5,418 bases of DNA. It comes from Caedimonas varicaedens. GTDB lineage: Bacteria; Pseudomonadota; Alphaproteobacteria; Caedimonadales; Caedimonadaceae. Under the pieces are notes generated by a model that did no database searches, was not told where the DNA came from, and was given only the letters and a program-made list of their open reading frames with translations. Location: contig BBVC01000089.1 in the NCBI GenBank assembly GCA_001192655.1, positions 1 through 5,418 of the forward strand, given 5' to 3'. Made by a program: the position numbers and the translations under genes. Shown in pieces: positions 1-5,418 of this stretch. The stretch's first letter is position 1; the number at the start of each line of letters is the position of its first letter.

Positions 1-212
1 ATCCATAATATAACCATTTTAAAGGTTTTTAGCTATATGCCCCCTATGAGCGAGGGTTTGAAAGAGAAATTGGCAAAAGGCTAGAATATTGGAAAAAACT
101 GAGAGAGAAGAAAAAATAAAAAACGCACTTTATCATAGACGCTTTAAGAGGATGCGTATATGTATATAAACTGCTTTATAGAATATGATATGAATGGATT
201 TATTGATTTCGT

Positions 213-1613
213 ATGCTTAAACGTGCTGTTATTCTTCGATTAATTGTTGGAACTTTTTTCATATTGGCTGCTTTTAGCTATGCTTTTTATGATTTTTTTA
301 CGCATCGTCCTTCCTCTATAGAACGAGTTCTTCCCCCTCTTCCCAATATTCCCGATGATCAAATATGCAAGGAAGGAGCAATCAAATCAGATGAAGAGAA
401 AGGTCCGTATGATCTTACATTAACGATCACAAAAGGCGATACTCTCCTGTCCATTTTGGTGGATGCCCAAATTGATAAAAAACAGGCTCACGAAATCATT
501 GCACTTCTAAAAAAGCACTTTGATCCTACCAGCCTTAAACCACAACATGAAATATACCTCACTTATATCAAAGATGAAGAAACACCAGGGAATCGACTTG
601 TTGAATCTTTATATTTTCGTCCCGTTATTGATAAGGAATATTGGATCAGTTTGGATAAAAATGGCAAATTTGTTTTTGAGAAAAATGACATCAAGCTCAA
701 TAAAATAACCCGTGAAGCACGAGGAAAAATTAATGACAGCCTCTATGCAGATGCTGGGAAACAGGGTGTCCCCACAAAAATTCTTCACCAGATGATTCAG
801 GCTTTCAGTTATGATGTGGATTTTCAGCGTAGTTTCCAACCAGGAGATGAGTTTGGCCTTCTTTATGACATGCGCGCGGATGAAGACGGGGTCAGGGAAG
901 AAGCTGGAGAACTTCTTTATGCCACACTCTCACTCAAAAATAAAAAATTGCACCTGTATAACTTTAAATTGAAAAATGGCGCTCAGGGTTTTTACAATCA
1001 ACATGGCGAAAGCGTAAAAAAGGGACTTTTACGTACCCCTATTGATGGAGCGCGCATTTCTTCACGCTTTTGCAAAAACCGCAAACATCCCATTTTGGGG
1101 TACACAAGAGCCCATAAAGGCATTGACTTTGCTGCTCCCATGGGGACTCCTATTATGGCTTCTGGAGACGGCGTTGTTGCACGAGCAAGTCCTTATGCCG
1201 GTTATGGAAATTACATTCGGATTAAACACAATAAGGAATTTTCAACAGCATATGCCCATCTCAGCCGTTTTGCAAAAGGATTAAGGGCAGGAAAATCTGT
1301 CAAGCAAGGACAAATCATCGGATATGTGGGGTCCACTGGTAGCGCGACAGGTCCTCACCTTCATTACGAGCTGATTCGGCATAATATCCAAATTGATCCT
1401 GCCAGCGTGAAAATGATGCCCGCAGCCAAACTGGCTGGCAAAGAATTACAGGACTTTAAAAGCATCAAGGATTTAATTAACAGACAATACCACGAACTTT
1501 ACCTAGCAAAAATGGCACAAACAGAAATGAGTAGTGATACTGAAGAAGAAGAAGACGAGGATGAAGCGCGTGAAATTTTCATCACAGAAACCCCAGCCGA
1601 TGAAAGTCCGTAA
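213..1613 (+). CDS. Membrane-anchored M23 (LytM-type) peptidoglycan DD-metalloendopeptidase with MepM/Csd3-like architecture
   Basis: 466-aa ORF. ATG 213 is the first start after the in-frame TGA at 204..206. An N-terminal hydrophobic anchor (AVILRLIVGTFFILAAFSYAF) is present. An OapA/LysM-like segment follows (LTITKGDTLLSILVDAQIDKKQAHEI). The C-terminal M23 domain keeps both Zn-ligand motifs, HxxxD (HKGIDFAAPMGTPI) and HxH (TGPHLHYEL), plus the typical GYGNYIRIKH...YAHLS...GQIIGYVGSTGSATGPHLH core. Confidence 0.9.
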   Translation: MLKRAVILRLIVGTFFILAAFSYAFYDFFTHRPSSIERVLPPLPNIPDDQICKEGAIKSDEEKGPYDLTLTITKGDTLLSILVDAQIDKKQAHEIIALLKKHFDPTSLKPQHEIYLTYIKDEETPGNRLVESLYFRPVIDKEYWISLDKNGKFVFEKNDIKLNKITREARGKINDSLYADAGKQGVPTKILHQMIQAFSYDVDFQRSFQPGDEFGLLYDMRADEDGVREEAGELLYATLSLKNKKLHLYNFKLKNGAQGFYNQHGESVKKGLLRTPIDGARISSRFCKNRKHPILGYTRAHKGIDFAAPMGTPIMASGDGVVARASPYAGYGNYIRIKHNKEFSTAYAHLSRFAKGLRAGKSVKQGQIIGYVGSTGSATGPHLHYELIRHNIQIDPASVKMMPAAKLAGKELQDFKSIKDLINRQYHELYLAKMAQTEMSSDTEEEEDEDEAREIFITETPADESP

Positions 1614-1697
1614 CACGGGTCATCATTACCCTTTAGCTTATTTAGGCTTTATGCTATAGACTTTTTCAATCTATGATTGGCAGAACGCGAGGAAAGA

Positions 1698-2814
1698 ATG
1701 CAGGCAGAATTAGAAGCCGTCGTCTCTGAAATTACCCAAGTTATCGCCATTCTCAGGAGGCATCTTTGACTGGGAAAATGCTTTAAAAAAACTGGCGGAA
1801 CTTGATCAACAGGCCAGCGATCCCCATTTATGGGATAATCAGCAAGTGGCACAAAAAATCCTCAAAGAGCGCGAAGCTCTTTTGACTTCCATTAAGTGCG
1901 TCAATGATCTTGACCAGACCCTTCAGGATCATGTAGGGCTGATCGCTCTTGGCGAAATGGAAAATGAACCGAAAATTGTTGAAGAATCAGAACGCGCTTT
2001 ACTTGCTCTTCAAATCAGAGCTGCCAGAATGCGGCTAGAAACTTTACTCTCCGGAGAAGCTGATGCCAATGACTGCTTTTTGGAAATTCACGCTGGAGCA
2101 GGTGGAACAGAAGCCCAGGATTGGGCGCTCATTTTACAACGAATGTATACGCGCTGGGCTGAAAAGCGCGGGTATAAAATTGAATGGATGGAAGAAGTTT
2201 CCGGTGAAGAAGCAGGAATCAAGTCCTGCACGATGAAAGTTATAGGACATCAGGCTTATGGTTGGCTAAAAACTGAAACAGGGGTACATCGGTTAGTGCG
2301 TATTTCTCCTTTTGACTCTAATGCACGTCGCCATACAAGTTTTGCATCGGTTGGAGCCTACCCCGTCATTGATGACTCTATCGAAGTAGAAATTGAAGAT
2401 AAGGACTTACGCATAGATACCTATCGCGCTTCTGGTGCCGGTGGGCAGCATGTCAACAAAACAGAGAGCGCGATTCGCATTACCCATCTCCCCACAGGAA
2501 TTGCGGTACAATGCCAAAACGACCGCTCACAACATCGTAACCGTGCTCAAGCCATGTCAATGCTGCGTGCCCGTCTTTATGAGGCAGAACTCAAGAAACG
2601 AGAAGAAGCTGCCCAGGCTTCCAATGCAAGCAAATCTGAGATTGGTTGGGGACACCAAATCCGCTCTTATGTTTTACAGCCTTATCAAATGGTCAAGGAT
2701 CTTCGCACAAACGTTGAAAAAGGGAACGCCCAGGGAGTATTGGACGGAGACATCGATGATTTTCTTGAAGCCGCCCTCGCAGCACGGATTGATAGCGGCA
2801 CAAGCCATGTATGA
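1698..2814 (+). CDS. prfB: Peptide chain release factor 2, translated as join(1698..1766,1768..2814) through a programmed +1 ribosomal frameshift
   Basis: The frame-0 leader from ATG 1698 (SD-like GAGGAAAG at 1689..1696) encodes MQAELEAVVSEITQVIAILRRHL and then TGA at 1767..1769. The +1 frame from GAC 1768 reads DWENALKKLAELDQQASDPHLWDNQQ and runs directly into the tracked ORF (1846..2814). The protein carries the RF2 hallmarks SPF (RISPFDS) and GGQ (SGAGGQHVNKTESAIRITH), plus QCQNDRSQHRN and GWGHQIRSYV. Combined length is 371 aa, which is typical for RF2. Confidence 0.95.
1755..1770 (+). promoter_or_regulatory. RF2 autoregulatory +1 frameshift cassette: internal SD AGGAGG, 3-nt spacer CAU, then CUU UGA C
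   Basis: AGGAGG lies at 1755..1760, CAT at 1761..1763, CTT at 1764..1766, TGA at 1767..1769 and C at 1770. Spacing and shift site match the E. coli prfB site (AGGGGG UAU CUU UGA C). A conserved RF2 sequence is recovered only if one base (T1767) is skipped. Confidence 0.9.
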
Positions 2815-2858
2815 TTTACCTCTCTTAAGATGACAAGAAAGCGATCAATGAACAGGAT

Positions 2859-2887
2859 GAATTCTAACCACAGTTAGAATTTTTTTG
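2859..2887 (+). terminator. Rho-independent terminator of prfB
   Basis: The hairpin is GAATTCTAAC (2859..2868), loop CACA (2869..2872), then GTTAGAATTT (2873..2882). That gives 9 Watson-Crick pairs plus one G-U. It runs into a T tract (2881..2886) and starts 45 nt after the prfB stop (2812..2814). The stem is AT-rich with only 2 G-C pairs, so it is moderately stable. Confidence 0.7.
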
Positions 2888-2955
2888 GGTATAAATAGAA
2901 AATTAAAACTTAACTGCTAGGTTGTGTGCACTTATCTAAAGATTGACTAAAAAAA

Positions 2956-2993
2956 GTGGTAACGTTCTTTTGCTAAAAAAGGAGCGTTACCAT
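2956..2993. repeat. Inverted repeat GTGGTAACG / CGTTACCAT with a 20-nt loop that contains the SD of the transposase remnant
   Basis: Arm 2956..2964 is complementary to arm 2985..2993 (8 Watson-Crick pairs plus a terminal G-U). The loop 2965..2984 ends in AAGGAG (2979..2984). The 3' arm runs into the first two bases of ATG 2992. The repeat itself is directly visible; any function is inference. Confidence 0.5.
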
Positions 2994-3307
2994 GGATAAG
3001 TATTACATAAAGTCAGCAGATTGAAAAAAGATAAATGCATTTTTACAAACTCGTAAAGATATTCGCATTGGGAATGAAGAAAAAACCAGAATTTTTGCAG
3101 AAGCCGTTTATTGTATGATGCGTACTGGGGCTCAATGGCGTCTTTTACCGCTTTATTATGCTTCCTATCGTGTCCCTCCATCATCGGTTTAAGAGTTTTG
3201 GAACAATAGAGGGATTTCTCGACACTTATAGGACTAAGCCCATCTTAGCGTTTGCATTTTTAGCAGATCGGAATAGACTGGCTTTTAAAATAACAAAGGT
3301 TGCGTGA
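2992..3307 (+). pseudogene. Decayed N-terminal fragment of an IS5-family transposase (DUF4096-type OrfA/N-terminal domain) lacking the DDE domain
   Basis: AAGGAG precedes ATG 2992. Translation gives MDKYYIKSAD*KKINAFLQTRKDIRIGNEEKTRIFAEAVYCMMRTGAQWRLLPLYYASYRVPPSSV*. The block AVYCMMRTGAQWRLLP matches the signature A(I/V)xYxxRTG(A/C)xWRxLP of IS5-family N-terminal domains. The TGA at 3022..3024 sits where these proteins have the conserved Trp (LxDxxWxxIxxxL). Homology appears to continue in the next frame from about 3179 (HHRFKSFGTIEGFL, compare VYxRFxRWxxxGxW) and ends at TGA 3305..3307. About 105 codons remain, against roughly 250-330 aa for an intact transposase. Element boundaries are uncertain. 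Confidence 0.6.
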
Positions 3308-3313
3308 TCTGAT

Positions 3314-4747
3314 TTGATAGCATTTCAGCCCATTTTTTTTACAGCAGGTCTGCTTTTGACGGCTCTTGCTCTTTCTATGATCGCCCCCGGCATTCTGGAT
3401 TATTTGTATGGGGATATTACCTGGGAAGCTTTTGCCATATCTGCTGGTATTACAGGTTTTTCTGGTCTGCTTTTGGTCTTTGCTGCCAGACCCACTGAAA
3501 AAGTAAAAATGTCTGTACGGGATACATTCCTGCTGACATCCTTTAGCTGGCTGACGCTGTCATTCTTTGCGGCTCTTCCCTTTATTCATTCTCATGCCAC
3601 GAATTCCATGACAGACTCTTTTTTTGAAGCGATTGCAGGGTTGACGACCACCGGCGCCACCATCATTCATGGTCTTGATTATACCTCGTCTGGTATCCTG
3701 TTGTGGCGTGCCTTACTTCAATGGTTGGGAGGGATCGGAATTGTTGTGATGGCGCTGACTGTTTTGCCCATGCTGCGTATTGGTGGAATGCAGTTATTTC
3801 GCAATGAATTCTCAGATCGTTCTGAAAAAATTCTTCCCAAGGTTTCTCAGATTGCTTCAGCAATTTTTGGCACGTACATCTTTTTTACAATCCTGTGCGC
3901 TTTTGCACTGTGGATGGCCGGAATGACCTGTCTGGAAGCCATATGTCATGCAATGGCGACCCTTTCGACAGGAGGGTTCTCGACCTATGAAACGTCTATC
4001 CAGCATTTTGATAATCCTGTTATCGAATTCATCTTAGTTATTTTCATGATTATTGGCGGAACAACTCTGATCCTGTTTGTACGATGCTTTCAGGGTGACC
4101 TCAGATCTCTTTACAGGGATACGCAGGTGAGGGGCTTTCTTTTGGCCATAGCTATTGCCAGTGTGTGTTCGACCTGGTGGCTTTGGGATTATAATTGTCC
4201 TCTGGGGACAGCGTTACGTCGCTCAGTCTTCCAAGTCGTATCAATTATAACGACAACGGGTTTTGTTTCAGCAGATTATACCTTGTGGGGAACTTTTCCT
4301 ACCCTGATCCTTTTAATTGCGATGATCATTGGAGGATGTACAGGCTCAACGGCAGGTGGAGTCAAAATATTTCGATGTCAGCTTATGTATACAACGGCAC
4401 GGGCAAATATCCAGCAACTGAGAAGGCCACATGGTGTTTTTCTTCCTCTTTATAATGGACGGCAAATTCCCGAGGGAATTTTCCTATCAGTCTTTACGTT
4501 TTTTGCGCTTTTCAGTCTTTGTTTTGCTGGCTTGACGTTGGGGCTTGGGCTGTACGATTTTGATATTTTCGTGTGTATCTCAACAGCCGTTGCTTTCCTG
4601 AATAATGTGGGTACAGGACTTGGTGCGATGGATTATGCAACTTTGCCTGATGGCGCAAAATGGATGTTGATGGCAGGAATGATTTTAGGTCGTCTGGAAT
4701 ATATCACCATATTAATTCTCTTTACGCCCAAATTTTGGCGAGATTAA
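3314..4747 (+). CDS. trkH: TrkH-family potassium uptake membrane subunit (TrkH/KtrB/HKT superfamily)
   Basis: 477-aa polytopic membrane protein. All four pore-loop signatures are present: TTTGATI, LSTGGFST, ITTTGFVSADY and NNVGTGLG. The conserved intramembrane gate loop GGCTGSTAGGVKIFR and the typical C-terminus GRLEYITILILFTPKFWRD are also present. Length matches TrkH (about 480 aa). The start is TTG 3314. The first 21 residues (MIAFQPIFFTAGLLLTALALS) fit the TrkH N-terminal helix, so the internal ATG at 3377 is unlikely to be the start. Confidence 0.9.
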   Translation: MIAFQPIFFTAGLLLTALALSMIAPGILDYLYGDITWEAFAISAGITGFSGLLLVFAARPTEKVKMSVRDTFLLTSFSWLTLSFFAALPFIHSHATNSMTDSFFEAIAGLTTTGATIIHGLDYTSSGILLWRALLQWLGGIGIVVMALTVLPMLRIGGMQLFRNEFSDRSEKILPKVSQIASAIFGTYIFFTILCAFALWMAGMTCLEAICHAMATLSTGGFSTYETSIQHFDNPVIEFILVIFMIIGGTTLILFVRCFQGDLRSLYRDTQVRGFLLAIAIASVCSTWWLWDYNCPLGTALRRSVFQVVSIITTTGFVSADYTLWGTFPTLILLIAMIIGGCTGSTAGGVKIFRCQLMYTTARANIQQLRRPHGVFLPLYNGRQIPEGIFLSVFTFFALFSLCFAGLTLGLGLYDFDIFVCISTAVAFLNNVGTGLGAMDYATLPDGAKWMLMAGMILGRLEYITILILFTPKFWRD

Positions 4748-4786
4748 AGAACATTGGCAAAGTAAATAATTTAGAAGACAAATCTG

Positions 4787-5161
4787 ATGATTGAACATAT
4801 TGGTATTTATGTTAATAATCTTGCTCAAAGCGATGCATTTTATCACCCTTTATTTGAAACATTGAGATGGAAAGTTGTTCTTCAAACTTCTCATTGTGTT
4901 ACTTATGAGAAGGATGGCAAACCATGCTTCGAAATTTATGTGGGGAAGAAAAAGTCATCTTCTCTTCATATTGCTTTAGCCAGCTCATCTCAGGAAAGTG
5001 TTGACAACTTTTATAAAAAAGCTCTATCTTTGGGTGCACAAGGCAATGGTTTGCCAGGCTATAGAGATTATTTCCCAAGCTATTACGCTGCTTTTATTAT
5101 AGATCCGAACGGGCATAATCCTGAAGCACTCTTTTGGGACTCTGTCAAAACCTTACCCTAA
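4787..5161 (+). CDS. VOC family protein (glyoxalase/bleomycin-resistance/dioxygenase fold), about 125-aa single-domain type
   Basis: The sequence fits the widespread small VOC protein pattern MIxHIGxxVxDxxxSxxFYxxxLxxLG...DGKPxFxI...HxAFxAxxxxxVDxFxxxALxxGGxxNGxPGxRxxYxxxYYAAFxxDPxGxNxEA. Specific matches are MIEHIGIYVNNLAQSDAFY, DGKPCFEIY, LHIALASSSQESVDNFYKKALSLGAQGNGLPGYRDYFPSYYAAFIIDPNGHNPEALF. It lies 39 nt downstream of trkH with no intervening hairpin, so it may be co-transcribed. Confidence 0.85.
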   Translation: MIEHIGIYVNNLAQSDAFYHPLFETLRWKVVLQTSHCVTYEKDGKPCFEIYVGKKKSSSLHIALASSSQESVDNFYKKALSLGAQGNGLPGYRDYFPSYYAAFIIDPNGHNPEALFWDSVKTLP

Positions 5162-5418
5162 AAAATCTGGATCTGTTTGAAAATCTTCAGTTCCCTTTAT
5201 TACCTTTTCCAAATCTTGCGTCATATCATCCAGGAATATTTTATAGGTTTCTTTCAGAAAAATCGTATAGATTCTGGGAGTTTTAAATTTTGCGCTATCC
5301 ATACTTGCCATCCTGTTGAGCAAAAGATCAGCAGGGTGTAGTTTTTCATTTTTATCTATGGGAATAAGGGCAGCACAAAGAGCTTGTGTCACGCATATAT
5401 CTGATTGATTTAATATAT
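5153..5418 (-). CDS. Hypothetical protein, C-terminal part only, with the 5' end probably outside the window
   Basis: The ORF track starts this ORF at GTG 5392. I translated the same minus-strand frame upstream by hand and it stays open to the window edge (...ILNQSDICV-TQALCAALIPIDKNEKLHPADLLLNRMASMDSAKFKTPRIYTIFLKETYKIFLDDMTQDLEKVIKGTEDFQTDPDFLG*). The composition is hydrophilic and looks helical, like a real soluble protein. I recognise no family motif. No SD was evaluated for GTG 5392. Confidence 0.45.
   Translation of the reverse strand, partial: ILNQSDICVTQALCAALIPIDKNEKLHPADLLLNRMASMDSAKFKTPRIYTIFLKETYKIFLDDMTQDLEKVIKGTEDFQTDPDFLG

Noticed and set aside
1-84. Frame-1 reading frame open from the window edge to TAG 82..84 (..KVFSYMPPMSEGLKEKLAKG*), possibly the 3' end of an upstream gene
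   Set aside because: Only 27 codons are visible, with no recognisable motif and no terminator after the stop. That is too little to support a feature, and it needs upstream sequence.
143-170. Sigma70-like hexamers upstream of the M23 gene (TTTAAG-16 nt-TATAAA), and similarly TTAGCT-16 nt-TATAGA at 1633..1660 upstream of prfB
   Set aside because: Such matches arise by chance at high frequency in AT-rich intergenic DNA. Without transcription start site data or conservation they are not supportable as features.
520-1284. Three short ORFs inside the M23 peptidase gene (520..708 +, 609..839 -, 1042..1284 +)
   Set aside because: All are nested in alternative frames of a gene whose main frame carries clear M23 motifs. 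They are most likely frame shadows.
1617-1634. GGGT...ACCC hairpin followed by TTT just after the M23 peptidase stop, considered as a terminator
   Set aside because: The stem is only 4 bp with a 7-nt loop and a 3-T tail, which is far too weak. The M23 gene and prfB may be co-transcribed, or a separate promoter may be used.
1649-1852. 67-aa minus-strand ORF spanning the M23-prfB intergenic region and the prfB 5' end
   Set aside because: It lies antisense to the conserved RF2 leader and N-terminal coding sequence that the frameshift model fully explains. It has no recognisable motif and is an antisense shadow ORF.
2435-2833. 132-aa +strand ORF (GTG start) out of frame inside prfB, extending 19 nt past the prfB stop
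   Set aside because: It is entirely embedded in the most conserved part of RF2 (the GGQ region onward). It has an Arg/Ser/Pro-rich composition typical of off-frame translation and no SD. There is no evidence for overprinting.
3022-3024. In-frame TGA at a conserved Trp position, considered as UGA-to-Trp reassignment or selenocysteine recoding
   Set aside because: The same window encodes an intact RF2, the UGA-reading factor, whose own regulation depends on UGA acting as a stop, and prfB itself terminates at TGA 2812..2814. The fragment also has a frameshift and lacks its catalytic domain, so a simple nonsense mutation in a dead gene is the economical reading.
3079-3087. A6 run (GAA AAA ACC) in the transposase remnant, considered as a -1 programmed frameshift slippery site
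   Set aside because: It is not phased as an X XXY YYZ heptamer in the zero frame. The conserved domain also continues downstream in the same frame (AVYCMMRTGAQWRLLP), so no shift occurs here.
2987-3184. 65-aa minus-strand ORF in the prfB-trkH gap
   Set aside because: The opposite (+) strand over the same bases carries an SD plus ATG and the RTGAQWRLLP transposase signature. The minus ORF is better explained as the antisense shadow of that pseudogene.
3663-4455. ORFs 3663..3863 (-) and 4195..4455 (+) inside trkH
   Set aside because: They are nested in off-frames of a well-supported trkH reading frame and have no independent signals.
1-5418. Scan for CRISPR arrays, tandem repeats, tRNA/rRNA genes and long direct or inverted repeats
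   Set aside because: By eye I found no repeat-spacer periodicity, no cloverleaf-compatible segments and no long repeats. Only the short inverted repeats already listed and the (GAA)4 codon run are present.

Overview
The window reads as ordinary low-GC bacterial chromosome. The RF2 N-terminus (MQAELEAVVSEITQVIAILRRHL) resembles alphaproteobacterial RF2, so I infer an alphaproteobacterium, but this is not proven. Content in order: (1) A membrane-anchored M23/LytM-type peptidoglycan endopeptidase at 213..1613 (+). (2) prfB (release factor 2), which the ORF track truncates to 1846..2814. The real gene starts at ATG 1698 and needs the classic programmed +1 frameshift at CUU UGA C (1764..1770), preceded by an internal Shine-Dalgarno AGGAGG. 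It is followed by a clean rho-independent terminator. (3) A roughly 300 bp decayed N-terminal fragment of an IS5-family (DUF4096-type) transposase at 2992..3307 (+). It has a TGA at the conserved Trp codon, a frameshift and no DDE catalytic domain. (4) trkH (K+ uptake membrane subunit) at 3314..4747 (+), with a TTG start 6 nt after an in-frame TGA. (5) A small VOC/glyoxalase-fold protein at 4787..5161 (+). (6) A convergent minus-strand ORF (5153..5418) of unrecognised family whose frame is still open at the window edge. I do not see a convincing novel multi-gene system, CRISPR array, tRNA/rRNA or tandem repeat array. The points most worth a second look are the RF2 recoding site, the IS remnant abutting trkH, and the lower-GC 3' block with the unassignable partial ORF. 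All family assignments come from motif recognition by eye, not from searches.
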